Assembly (NCBI GenBank): GCA_949297765.1
Contig: CASFTV010000007.1
Coordinates: 47,260-111,259 of the forward strand
From: an uncultured bacterium
GTDB lineage: Bacteria > Verrucomicrobiota > Lentisphaeria > Victivallales > UBA1829
Length of the DNA: 64,000 bases
Reading direction: 5' to 3'
Shown here: one piece after another, positions 36,484-45,038 of the stretch
How positions within the stretch are numbered: position 1 is the first letter of the stretch
How the letters are laid out: every line of letters starts with the position of its first letter
Notes under the pieces: generated by a model
The model's input: only the letters and a program-made list of their open reading frames with translations
What the model was told of the DNA's origin: nothing
The model's database searches: none
Made by a program: the position numbers and the translations under genes

Positions 36484-36497
36484 TGTATAATTATACA
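36484..36497. promoter_or_regulatory. Perfect 14-bp palindrome TGTATAATTATACA containing TATAAT on both strands
   Basis: Read directly. Lies in the divergent GH16B / AraC intergenic region. The -35 matches on both sides are poor. Confidence 0.35.
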
Positions 36498-36623
36498 CTT
36501 TTTTTTCCGTTCTGCATAGAGGATTTCTGCCAAATAAACAGTAATTTTCTGCCATTTATGATTGATTTTTCTAAAATGAAGGATAAATTGAATTAAAACT
36601 TAAAAAGATGTTGGGATAAATGA

Positions 36624-37514
36624 ATGTCATTTGAATTATTGCTGGATACACCTCGCAAGGTTCTGACCCCTTATCCGGTCTTTCGTGCGGGACGGACACA
36701 AAACCAATGTCCCATTACCACAAACCATTATTTTCAGGACCGTCTGGAAATCTGTTTCCGAATCTCTGCTGAGGACGAGTTCGCTGTGGACAGGATTGAT
36801 GGACAGGTTTATAAAACCCCTTTTCCTCATCTGTTTTTCAAATATCCATTTCACCATCTGCAAATCGCCTACAATACTCCGCGCTCCACTGTTCACTTTT
36901 CCTATTCGCTTGAAACCCTTGAAAAGTTGCGAAAAAACGGTATTCTCCCCCCCGAAGAATGCTTTTTTCTCCCCTTCAGAATGAATGATGAGATCCGCCA
37001 TCTCGCTCAGCGTCTTTCGACCCTTCTGGATCATACGCTTGAACGAAAAATTCTGGAACGAGTCGATCTTACTGCTTTTGAACTTCTGACGGAATGCCTG
37101 ATGACCCGCTGCTATCCGGAACAGAAAGTCGATGCCGCAACGGACAAACTTCTTGCCATAGCCTCCATCCTCCGGCAGTCCTTCCGGGATTATCCGGATT
37201 TTTCCGAACTGGCCAGAAAACACGGGATGTCATTAAGAACTCTTTTTCGCCACTGGTCAAGCTATTTCGGTGAGACTCCGGCGCAATTCGTCCAGGATCT
37301 TAAAGTCACAGAAGCCGCAAAACTTCTTCAGGAGACCACCATGCCCATCGGAGCCATCGCAGCCACCGTTGCGCTCGGTGATGCCTCCTATTTCTCAAAA
37401 ATTTTCAGAAAACATTTCAATATGACTCCGGGAGAATTCCGAAAGAATAAAAACAGCCGTCCTGTATCGCACCTGAGTGAAGCTCCCCGGGCAAAGCTCA
37501 TCCGCATCTGGTAG
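36624..37514 (+). CDS. AraC family transcriptional regulator
   Basis: C-terminal HTHs LARKHGMSLRTLFRHWSSYFGETPAQF and IAATVALGDASYFSKIFRKHFNMTPGEFRK. Confidence 0.85.
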   Translation: MSFELLLDTPRKVLTPYPVFRAGRTQNQCPITTNHYFQDRLEICFRISAEDEFAVDRIDGQVYKTPFPHLFFKYPFHHLQIAYNTPRSTVHFSYSLETLEKLRKNGILPPEECFFLPFRMNDEIRHLAQRLSTLLDHTLERKILERVDLTAFELLTECLMTRCYPEQKVDAATDKLLAIASILRQSFRDYPDFSELARKHGMSLRTLFRHWSSYFGETPAQFVQDLKVTEAAKLLQETTMPIGAIAATVALGDASYFSKIFRKHFNMTPGEFRKNKNSRPVSHLSEAPRAKLIRIW

Positions 37515-37645
37515 AATTTTTACGGAATCTGTCAGAAATTCAGAAGAACACAAAGTTCAGGCGGACCATTTTTTCAATACGGAAGCTCAAGCAGACAACA
37601 TTCCAATTCCAACCCCAGACAACGGCCACATTTTCATCATCGCAT

Positions 37646-37675
37646 AAAAAAAGCCGTCCGGAAGGACGGCTTTTT
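37646..37675. terminator. Bidirectional rho-independent terminator between the AraC gene and secY
   Basis: A7-AGCCGTCC-GGAA-GGACGGCT-T5. An 8-bp stem flanked by an A-run and a T-run serves both convergent genes. Confidence 0.7.
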
Positions 37676-37692
37676 AATCCAAACAAAAGAAC

Positions 37693-39063
37693 TCAGCCTC
37701 TCCGGCTCTTCAGTCTTCCGCGCTTGAGGAAACCATCATAGTTTTTCATCACCAGATGCGATTCCATCTGACTCAGCGTATCAATCGTCACACCGACAAT
37801 AATCAGCAGACTTGTCCCGCCGAAGAACGATGCCACATTGTACGGAATGCGGAACCATTTATACAACAGCATCGGGAAGATCGCCAGCGCCAGCAGATAG
37901 AAGGAACCGGCGAAGGTCACGCGGGTCATCGAATAGTCCAGGAAGTCGGAAGTCGGCTTGCCCGGACGGATTCCGGGAATATAAGCCCCCTCTTTCTTCA
38001 GATTGTCTGCAACCTGGATCGGATTGAACATATTGGCAACCCAGAAGAAGGAGAACAGCAGAATCAGGACGCCGTAGCAGACCATATAGGTGTAGGTGTC
38101 ATGATTAAAATATGTAGACAATCTCTGAACCGCAGGAACCGGAATTGCACGAAGCAGGATTCCGGGGAAAATCAGGATGGCTCCGGCGAAGATGATCGGC
38201 ATAACGCCGGAGAAGTTCACCTTCAGCGGAATATAAGTACTGCCGCCGGTCATCTTGCTGCCGACGATCTTTTTCGCCATCTGAATCGGAATTCTGCGCT
38301 GTCCCTGATTCAGGATAACGGTAAGCGCCGTCACAACGGCGAAGACCATCAGCAGAATCAGGAGATGAACCGGACGGAAGCGTCCGCCGCCGGCAGTTGC
38401 ACCGCTGATCATCATTTCATACAGTCCGGCAAGCGCCTGCGGGAGACGTTCGATAATGTTGATGGTAATGATAATCGATACACCGTTTCCGATTCCGTGT
38501 TCCGTGATCCGCTCGCCGAGCCAGACGAGGATCATCGTTCCGGCCGTGAGAATGCAGACCGACATCGCAATAAATCCGATTCCCGGATTCGTTACCAGCG
38601 GGAACGCCGGATCCGGAGCGGGGAGACCGAGATTGCTCGGGGTGGTCATGGCGACCGCCGCCATTGCGCCCTGAATCACACAGATCAGAATGGTGAGATA
38701 ACGCGTATATTGATTGATTCTTCCCCGCCCGACTTCCCCTTCCCGGGAAAGCTTCTCCAGTGACGGAACCACCGGCACAAGCAGCTGCATGATGATCGAG
38801 GCGGAAATGTACGGCATGATGCCCAGTGCGCCGATGGCGAACTGCTGCAGAGCGCCGCCGCTGAAAAGATCGAACATCCCCATGAACTGCCCGGCTGCGG
38901 AATCCGCGCCGAAGTTGTCGAAGTATGTCTTCAGATTTTTCGTATCCACGCCCGGGCACGGGATGTTCGCCGCAATCCGGCAGAGAACAATCACGCCGGC
39001 CGTGAAGAAAATCTTATTTCTCAGCTCTTTGATTTTGAATGCGTTTAAGAACGCTGAAAACAT
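37693..39063 (-). CDS. secY: Preprotein translocase subunit SecY
   Basis: 10-TM protein with typical SecY segments: FFTAGVIVLCRI, GIMPYISASIIMQLL and GGTSLLIIVGV. Confidence 0.95.
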   Translation of the reverse strand: MFSAFLNAFKIKELRNKIFFTAGVIVLCRIAANIPCPGVDTKNLKTYFDNFGADSAAGQFMGMFDLFSGGALQQFAIGALGIMPYISASIIMQLLVPVVPSLEKLSREGEVGRGRINQYTRYLTILICVIQGAMAAVAMTTPSNLGLPAPDPAFPLVTNPGIGFIAMSVCILTAGTMILVWLGERITEHGIGNGVSIIITINIIERLPQALAGLYEMMISGATAGGGRFRPVHLLILLMVFAVVTALTVILNQGQRRIPIQMAKKIVGSKMTGGSTYIPLKVNFSGVMPIIFAGAILIFPGILLRAIPVPAVQRLSTYFNHDTYTYMVCYGVLILLFSFFWVANMFNPIQVADNLKKEGAYIPGIRPGKPTSDFLDYSMTRVTFAGSFYLLALAIFPMLLYKWFRIPYNVASFFGGTSLLIIVGVTIDTLSQMESHLVMKNYDGFLKRGRLKSRRG

Positions 39064-39225
39064 CTTGGCTGTCCCCTTGTAAAAGAGTCAAACCCGGCTT
39101 CGGAGAAGCGGTCCGGCCGCGAAGCCCTTCCCTGAAGGGAAAGAGCTTCGGACTTGAACCGTCCGCTTCCGGAAGCGGACCTGCCTCGTGAATAGAACGA
39201 AGCGGGAAAAACCGTCCGAGCGGAC
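39064..39225 (-). other. Hairpin-rich 162-nt spacer between rplO and secY
   Basis: Perfect 20-nt palindrome GTCCGCTTCCGGAAGCGGAC (39161-39180). Nested hairpin at 39121-39149. GCTTC GGA GAAGC at 39097-39109. A stem ACCGTC/GACGGT plus T5 straddles the rplO stop. Confidence 0.5.
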
Positions 39226-39669
39226 TCAGACGGTTTCACATTTTCCGCCGGCGGCCTCAATCTTGGACTGAGCGCTTGCGGAGAACTTGTTTGCCTTCAC
39301 AGTCAAAGCCTTGCTGATCTCGCCGTTTCCGAGGATCTTCAGCGGGGCTTTGGACTTTCCGATCACGCCCGCCATGCGGAGAGCGTTCTCGTCAACGACG
39401 GCTCCGGCCTCGAACAGCTCCGAAAGAGTGGAGACATTGACAACGGTGAAGACCTCCTTCACCCCGCTGTTGAATCCGCGTTTCGGGATTCTGCGGAAGG
39501 TCGGGGTCTGACCGCCCTCAAAGTGATGACGGATGGCGGCGCCGGTACGGGATTTCTGTCCCTTGTGGCCGCGGCCGGCGGTTCCGCCCCAGTTGGAACC
39601 GTCACCTCTGCCGACTCTCATCCGGCGCTTTTTGGAGCCGGGAGTCGGGGTAAGTTCGTGTAATTTCAT
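39226..39669 (-). CDS. rplO: 50S ribosomal protein L15
   Basis: MKLHELTPTPGSKKRRMRVGRGDGS...GRGHKGQKSR pattern. Confidence 0.95.
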   Translation of the reverse strand: MKLHELTPTPGSKKRRMRVGRGDGSNWGGTAGRGHKGQKSRTGAAIRHHFEGGQTPTFRRIPKRGFNSGVKEVFTVVNVSTLSELFEAGAVVDENALRMAGVIGKSKAPLKILGNGEISKALTVKANKFSASAQSKIEAAGGKCETV

Positions 39670-39683
39670 GATCCTATTCCTTT

Positions 39684-40241
39684 TTATTCAGCTTTGACGA
39701 GGCCGCGTTTGAGCATAACGTCCTCTTTGGAACGCATCTGGTCGATGGCCTTGAAGGTTGCCTTGATCACGTTGGCGGGATTGCCGGAGCCGAGAGATTT
39801 CCCGAGCACATCAACAATTCCGGCGAGATCAAGCACCGCGCGCATGGCGCCGCCGGCGATGATACCGGTACCGGCCGAGGCCGGACGGAGCAGAATCTTG
39901 GAACCGCTGTACTTGGCGGTAACCGTATGCGGAATGGTGGTTCCGAACCGCGGAATGGTCACAAGATGCTTTTTCGCGGCTTCCTGCGCCTTGCGGATGG
40001 CATCGGACACTTCGTTGGCTTTGCCGTAGCCGTAACCGACTTTGCCGTTTCTGTCCCCGACGACGACGAGCGCGCCGAAGGAGAAGTTCCGGCCGCCTTT
40101 GACGACCTTGGAGCAGCGGTTGATGCTGAGGACGACTTCCTCCATCTCACCGGCGGGTGCCGCCGGCTGAACAGAAGAAAGATCGACTTCCTCGACATTG
40201 CCGCCCTGTTCGATATTCTGTTTTTCGCTTGTCATGTTCAA
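39684..40241 (-). CDS. rpsE: 30S ribosomal protein S5
   Basis: [39 protein letters not shown]. Has an N-terminal acidic extension. Confidence 0.95.
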   Translation of the reverse strand: MNMTSEKQNIEQGGNVEEVDLSSVQPAAPAGEMEEVVLSINRCSKVVKGGRNFSFGALVVVGDRNGKVGYGYGKANEVSDAIRKAQEAAKKHLVTIPRFGTTIPHTVTAKYSGSKILLRPASAGTGIIAGGAMRAVLDLAGIVDVLGKSLGSGNPANVIKATFKAIDQMRSKEDVMLKRGLVKAE

Positions 40242-40246
40242 CTCCG

Positions 40247-40603
40247 TTAGAACTTTAATCCGGCTTCGCGGGCGGCGTCGGCCAGCGCCTTGACTTTGCC
40301 GTGATATTTGTGACCGCTGCGGTCGAAGACCACTTCACTGATCCCGGCGGCGAGAGCTTTCTCTCCCGCGATTTTGCCGAGAGCCGCGGCGGCTTCCACG
40401 TTGCGTTTCAGATTGAGAGCCTTGAAGTCGGCTCCAAGCGTGGAGGCGGCGGCAAGGGTTTTCCCCGCTTCATCGTCGATAAACTGAACGTACATATTGT
40501 TCGCCGTCATGCTGACGCAGAGACGGGGTCTCGCAGCGGTGCCGGAGATCTTCCCGCGAACCCGGATATGACGTCTGATTCTTTTTTCCTTGGCTGTTTT
40601 CAT
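40247..40603 (-). CDS. rplR: 50S ribosomal protein L18
   Basis: [23 protein letters not shown] ... [19 protein letters not shown]. Confidence 0.95.
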   Translation of the reverse strand: MKTAKEKRIRRHIRVRGKISGTAARPRLCVSMTANNMYVQFIDDEAGKTLAAASTLGADFKALNLKRNVEAAAALGKIAGEKALAAGISEVVFDRSGHKYHGKVKALADAAREAGLKF

Positions 40604-40621
40604 GGATTCAAACCCTTTCCA

Positions 40622-41152
40622 TTACGCGTTGGTCTTGCCGGGCTTGATGACAACATGCTCATCAGAGTAGCGGACGCCCTTGCCCTTGTAGGGCTCCGGC
40701 TTCTTGTAGCGTCTGATGCGTGCGGCAACCTCGCCGACGAGCTGTTTGTCCGGACCTGTCACAACAATTTTGACTCCGTCGGTCACCGTCACTTTGACGC
40801 CTTCCGGGACCGTGTACTCAATCGCGTGAGAATATCCGAGGTTGAGGGTCAGCTTGCTGCCCGCGAGCGTGGCCTTGTAACCGACTCCGACAATCTGGAG
40901 TTCCTTCGAATATCCCTTCGAAACCCCGACCACCATGTTGTGAACAAGGCTCCGGGTCAGTCCGTGCAGCGCGTTCGCGCTCTCGTCCAGACACTTCACA
41001 TGAACAAGCTTCTCTTCCACTTCGACGCCGATGTTCTTCGGAATCGCGAAGGAGAGTTTCCCGAGCTTGCCCTCGACATTGACAACTCCGTCGACGACAG
41101 CAACCTTCACGTCCGGAGTGATTTCGACCGGTTTATTTCCGATTCTTGACAT
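40622..41152 (-). CDS. rplF: 50S ribosomal protein L6
   Basis: MSRIGNKPVEI ... GYSHAIEY ... PEPYKGKGVRY. Confidence 0.95.
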   Translation of the reverse strand: MSRIGNKPVEITPDVKVAVVDGVVNVEGKLGKLSFAIPKNIGVEVEEKLVHVKCLDESANALHGLTRSLVHNMVVGVSKGYSKELQIVGVGYKATLAGSKLTLNLGYSHAIEYTVPEGVKVTVTDGVKIVVTGPDKQLVGEVAARIRRYKKPEPYKGKGVRYSDEHVVIKPGKTNA

Positions 41153-41170
41153 CTTCCATACCTCGTTTCA

Positions 41171-41563
41171 TCACCAGACGTAGCAGAGAACTTCTCCGCC
41201 GACATTCTGTTTCTGTGCATCTTTTCCGCTGAGGACACCTTTCGGCGAGGAGAGAATCGCAATTCCCAGTCCGTCCTTGACGCGCGGAATCTCCTTGCAG
41301 CCGCAATAGAGCCGGCAGGAAGGCTTGCTTACTCTCTCCAAGCCCTCGATCACCGGACGACGCATGTAATATTTCAGTTCGATCTTCAACGTCTTCTTCA
41401 CATCGCCTTCGACGCTGTACCCGGCAATGTAACCCTCTTCAAGAAGAACCTTCGCAATCGCGGCCTTCATCTTCGAAGCGGGCATGACGACTTCTTTCTG
41501 GGAAGACATTCCTGCGTTACGCAGACGTGTCAGCATATCTGATATGGGATCCTGCATACTCAT
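41171..41563 (-). CDS. rpsH: 30S ribosomal protein S8
   Basis: DPISDMLTRLRNA ... GLGIAILSSPKGVLSGKDA ... GGEVLCYVW. Confidence 0.95.
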   Translation of the reverse strand: MSMQDPISDMLTRLRNAGMSSQKEVVMPASKMKAAIAKVLLEEGYIAGYSVEGDVKKTLKIELKYYMRRPVIEGLERVSKPSCRLYCGCKEIPRVKDGLGIAILSSPKGVLSGKDAQKQNVGGEVLCYVW

Positions 41564-41579
41564 TTTCTATGTCCACCTT

Positions 41580-41765
41580 TCACCAGCTCGCCTTGACAAT
41601 GCCCGGAATCTGACCATTCAGCGCCAGCTCCCGGAAGCAAATACGGCAAAGTTTGAATTTGCGGATGTATGCGCGAGGTCTGCCGCAAGCCTGGCAACGG
41701 TTGTAGTTCCGGACCGGGAACTTGCTGCCGCGTTTCTGCTTGGCAATAAGACTTTTCTTAGCCAT
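41580..41765 (-). CDS. rpsZ: 30S ribosomal protein S14, type Z (zinc-binding)
   Basis: 61 aa. [23 protein letters not shown] contains two CxxC pairs. Confidence 0.95.
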   Translation of the reverse strand: MAKKSLIAKQKRGSKFPVRNYNRCQACGRPRAYIRKFKLCRICFRELALNGQIPGIVKASW

Positions 41766-41780
41766 TTTCTATTCTCCTCT

Positions 41781-42317
41781 TCAGCGCACAAACGGAATTT
41801 CCAGCATCGCGAGCAGCTCTCTGGCTTCTGCATCGGTCTTCGCGCTGGTTACCATTGTTAAGTTTAATCCAAGGGGATATTTGATCTTTTCCAGATCAAT
41901 CTCGGTGAAAATGGAAACATCCGGAATCCCGAGATTGTAGTTCCCGACACCGTCAAATCCCTTGGTCGGAACTCCGCGGAAGTCTCTCACACGCGGAAGA
42001 GCGTTGTGAACAAGACGATCCAGAAACTCGTACATCTTCTTGCCGCGAAGCGTGACCATCAGGCCGACCGGCATCCCGACGCGCAGCTTGAATCCTGCAA
42101 CGTTCTTCTTCGCCTTGCAGACCACAGGAGCCTGTCCGGCGAGCGCCGTCAGATGCGTCCGGGCTTCCGCCATCGCATCCTTTTCCATTTTCGAGCTGAT
42201 TCCCGTGCTCAGAACAATCTTCTGAAGCTTCGGAACCTGCATCACATTGGTGTATCCCAGCTTTTCTTTCAGGGCCGGAATCACTTCCTCATTGTATTTT
42301 TTCTTCATGTCAGGCAT
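41781..42317 (-). CDS. rplE: 50S ribosomal protein L5
   Basis: KLQKIVLSTGI ... LPRVRDFRGV ... GNYNLGI. Confidence 0.95.
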   Translation of the reverse strand: MPDMKKKYNEEVIPALKEKLGYTNVMQVPKLQKIVLSTGISSKMEKDAMAEARTHLTALAGQAPVVCKAKKNVAGFKLRVGMPVGLMVTLRGKKMYEFLDRLVHNALPRVRDFRGVPTKGFDGVGNYNLGIPDVSIFTEIDLEKIKYPLGLNLTMVTSAKTDAEARELLAMLEIPFVR

Positions 42318-42337
42318 AATTGTTCTCCGATTTGTAA

Positions 42338-42610
42338 TCAGTCTTTCTTCCTGACGTTAGAAACGTGAACCGACACCGATCTGTCCACAAGACCGCCCTT
42401 CGGGTTGGCCTGGGATTTCTTCACGGTCTTCTTGCCAAGACGCTCGGCCAGCTTTTCGGCGGAAACGCTCTGGATCTCAAGAACAACGCGATCCGTTTTC
42501 TTGATGACGGCAACAATTTTGCCGGTCTCTTTTTTCCATACGCCGCTCAGCACTTCCACCACGTCGCCTTTCTTGACGTGATAGTTCTTTGCGCATTTCT
42601 CAGAATACAT
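42338..42610 (-). CDS. rplX: 50S ribosomal protein L24
   Basis: KOW motif VKKGDVVEVLSGVWKKETGKIVAV. One-nt overlap (TAATG) with the rplN stop. Confidence 0.9.
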   Translation of the reverse strand: MYSEKCAKNYHVKKGDVVEVLSGVWKKETGKIVAVIKKTDRVVLEIQSVSAEKLAERLGKKTVKKSQANPKGGLVDRSVSVHVSNVRKKD

Positions 42611-42975
42611 TAAAGCACCTCCGGAGCAAGCGAAATGATTTTCATAAAGTTCTTGTCGCGAAGTTCGCGGGCCACAGGACCGAAAATACGGGTCCCCTTC
42701 GGGTTGTTCTGATCGTCGATCACAACCGCGGCGTTCGCGTCAAACCGCAGATAGGAACCGTCTTCCCGACGGATCTTCGCTGCCGTTCTCACAATGACGC
42801 ACTTGACCACATCGCCCTTCTTCACAGCTCCGCCCGGAATCGCTTCCTTCACAGCCGCTGTAACGATGTCGCCGACCTTCGCACTGCGACGCTTCTGACC
42901 GAGCACCGTAATCACGGTAACCCGCTTCGCGCCCGAGTTGTCGGCAACCTCCATGTTTGATTGCATTTGGACCAT
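42610..42975 (-). CDS. rplN: 50S ribosomal protein L14
   Basis: [17 protein letters not shown] ... [15 protein letters not shown] ... [12 protein letters not shown]. Confidence 0.95.
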   Translation of the reverse strand: MVQMQSNMEVADNSGAKRVTVITVLGQKRRSAKVGDIVTAAVKEAIPGGAVKKGDVVKCVIVRTAAKIRREDGSYLRFDANAAVVIDDQNNPKGTRIFGPVARELRDKNFMKIISLAPEVL

Positions 42976-42995
42976 TGCAGTAATCTCCCGCCCGC

Positions 42996-43277
42996 TTATT
43001 CCGCGTGGCTGATAATTTCTTCAAGGCGCCAGCGTTTCTGTTTGCTGAGAGGCCTGGTTTCGCCGATTCTGACCGTGTCGCCGACTTTCGCCTGATTCGT
43101 CTCGTCGTGCACGGCATAGCGCGTACGGACTTTTACGACCTTCTTATATTTCTTGTGCGCCGCTCTCCGCATCACTTCAACGATGATGGTCTTGTTCTGA
43201 ACGTCGCTGACCACCATGCCGACTCTGTGCTTGCGGTTCCCGCGTTCCTGCGGTGCGCTGCTGGTGTTCTCATTCAT
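42996..43277 (-). CDS. rpsQ: 30S ribosomal protein S17
   Basis: [18 protein letters not shown] ... [19 protein letters not shown] ... [14 protein letters not shown]. Confidence 0.95.
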   Translation of the reverse strand: MNENTSSAPQERGNRKHRVGMVVSDVQNKTIIVEVMRRAAHKKYKKVVKVRTRYAVHDETNQAKVGDTVRIGETRPLSKQKRWRLEEIISHAE

Positions 43278-43298
43278 GGCACAATTCCTTTATTCTCA

Positions 43299-43499
43299 TC
43301 AGGCCTGCACAGCAGCGCCCCTGATTTTCTTTTCTGTCAAACATCTTGCGATGTCCTTGCGGATCTGGCCGATCCGGGCAGGATTCTCAAGTGTCCCCGT
43401 TTTGGACTGCTGACGGAGGGTGAAATGCTCCTTGCGCAGCTCCGCGACTTTCGCGTCGAGTTCCGCTGCCGTCAGTTCCTTGATGTCTTTCATCTTCAT
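43299..43499 (-). CDS. rpmC: 50S ribosomal protein L29
   Basis: Trimmed to the ATG at 43499: MKMKDIKELTAAELDAKVAELRKEHFTLRQQ. Confidence 0.9.
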   Translation of the reverse strand: MKMKDIKELTAAELDAKVAELRKEHFTLRQQSKTGTLENPARIGQIRKDIARCLTEKKIRGAAVQA

Positions 43500-43515
43500 C
43501 GTAACGATTCTCCCA

Positions 43516-43935
43516 TCAGACAGCATGCGTACGCATGATGAATTTGCACTTGATCGGAAGTTTCGCAGCCGCAAGGCTCATCGCCTCTTTCGCCACGTTT
43601 TCCGTGCATCCGCTGACCTCGAAGAGCATTCTTCCAGGCTTCACAGGAGCAACCCAGTACTCCACGTTGCCTTTTCCTTTGCCCATTCGAACCTCAAGCG
43701 GCTTCTTCGTGTACGGCTTGTAGGGGAACACCCGGATCCAAATTTTACCGCGCCGTTTCATGTGACGGGTGATCGCCACACGGGCGGCTTCTATCTGATT
43801 CGCAGTCAGGTAGGTGCGCTCAAGAGTCTGGAGCCCGTATTCGCCGAAATCGAGCTCATTGCATCTCTGCGAAAGACCCCTGTTGTTACCGCGCTGAACC
43901 TTTCTGTGCTTTACTCTTTTTGGCATTAACGGCAT
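43516..43935 (-). CDS. rplP: 50S ribosomal protein L16
   Basis: [23 protein letters not shown] 9-13 nt upstream of the ATG at 43935. The start lies 50 nt inside the rpsC 3' end. Confidence 0.95.
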   Translation of the reverse strand: MPLMPKRVKHRKVQRGNNRGLSQRCNELDFGEYGLQTLERTYLTANQIEAARVAITRHMKRRGKIWIRVFPYKPYTKKPLEVRMGKGKGNVEYWVAPVKPGRMLFEVSGCTENVAKEAMSLAAAKLPIKCKFIMRTHAV

Positions 43936-44587
43936 TTTGCATTTCCTCCGTTGGCTCTTTATGACAAATCCACACCTTCACGCCGATCTTTCCTGCGGTC
44001 GTGTTGGCCTCGGTGAACCCATAATCAATATGGGCCTTCAACGTGTGGAGGGGCGTTCTTCCCTCCTTGTACTGCTCGGTACGGGCGAGTTCCGCTCCGC
44101 CGAGACGCCCGGCACAGTGAATCTTGATGCCTTCCGCGCCCAGTTCCATCGCAACCTGAATCGCCTTCTTCATCGCGCGGCGGAAACCGATACGCCGTTC
44201 CAGCTGCTGGGCAACACTTTCCGCAACCAGCTGCGCGTTCGTTTCCGGCTGCTTGATCTCCACAACTTCCAGAATCAGCTCTTCGTTGTGGGCGAGCAGT
44301 TTCGCAACGCTGGCTTTCAGCGTATCCAGCTCCGCACCTTTGCGGCCGATCAGAATGCCGGGACGCGCCGCGTAGATCGTCACGCGGACCCGGGTCCCGT
44401 AACGCTCAATCAGAATCTTGGAAATCGCGGCATTGTTGAAATTCTTTTTGATGTAAGAACGAATCTTGAGATCTTCATGAAGCCAATCACCGAAGTTGTT
44501 CTTATTGTCTTTCCGTGCAAACCAATGAGAACTCCAGTTCTTGTTCAGAGCCAATCTCAGCCCAATAGGATTAACCTTCTGACCCAC
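43886..44587 (-). CDS. rpsC: 30S ribosomal protein S3
   Basis: [12 protein letters not shown] ... KH domain ... lysine-rich C-terminal tail. Confidence 0.95.
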   Translation of the reverse strand: MGQKVNPIGLRLALNKNWSSHWFARKDNKNNFGDWLHEDLKIRSYIKKNFNNAAISKILIERYGTRVRVTIYAARPGILIGRKGAELDTLKASVAKLLAHNEELILEVVEIKQPETNAQLVAESVAQQLERRIGFRRAMKKAIQVAMELGAEGIKIHCAGRLGGAELARTEQYKEGRTPLHTLKAHIDYGFTEANTTAGKIGVKVWICHKEPTEEMQNAVNAKKSKAQKGSAR

Positions 44588-44601
44588 TATCAGACCCTTC
44601 C

Positions 44602-44937
44602 TTATTTCTCGTCCGTCAGAACCACCGTGAAGTGGCTCGTACGTTTCCTGATTCTGCCGGCCATACCACGCGCTTTCGGACGGAATCTTCTCAGCATCGG
44701 GCCCGGATTGGCTACCGCTTCCTTAACAGTGAGGGATTCTCTCTTGAGCTCGTAGTTGTTTTCGGCGTTTGCCAGCGCGCTTCTCAGGGTCTTCCCGAAA
44801 AGTCTCGCTGCCTTTCTCGGACTCAACTCCACCATCGCAAGCGCATCGACGACCTTCTTCCCCTGAATCGTGCGGGAAAAGTCAGACGCCTTCTGCGGAG
44901 AAATGTGGACGTATTTTGTCATCGCCCGAACTTCCAT
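44602..44937 (-). CDS. rplV: 50S ribosomal protein L22
   Basis: MEVRAMTKYVHISPQKASDFSRTIQGKKV ... RFRPKARGMAGRIRKRTSHFTVVL. Confidence 0.95.
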   Translation of the reverse strand: MEVRAMTKYVHISPQKASDFSRTIQGKKVVDALAMVELSPRKAARLFGKTLRSALANAENNYELKRESLTVKEAVANPGPMLRRFRPKARGMAGRIRKRTSHFTVVLTDEK

Positions 44938-44969
44938 TCTACTTCTCTCATTTCTGTTGTTGTTTTTTG

Positions 44970-44997
44970 TTTATACTCTTTGAGGAATTCCGTTGAA
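44970..44997 (-). promoter_or_regulatory. Possible promoter of the rplV-secY operon
   Basis: On the minus strand: TTCAAC, a 16-nt spacer, then TATAAA, about 30 nt upstream of the rplV ATG. The -35 overlaps a 9-bp hairpin (GAGGAATTC CGTT GAATTCCTC, 44982-45003). Confidence 0.3.
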
Positions 44998-45038
44998 TTC
45001 CTCCTTCTTCCATCTTCATCCGTCACCCGATCCTGCGA

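Noticed and set aside
39150-39190. GGTTCAAGTCC, a T-loop-like motif suggesting a tRNA or tRNA-like element in the rplO-secY spacer.
   Set aside because: No acceptor-stem complement, D-arm or anticodon arm can be drawn around it. The canonical G53-C61 register gives only 3 bp. It is kept only as one of several hairpins in the spacer.
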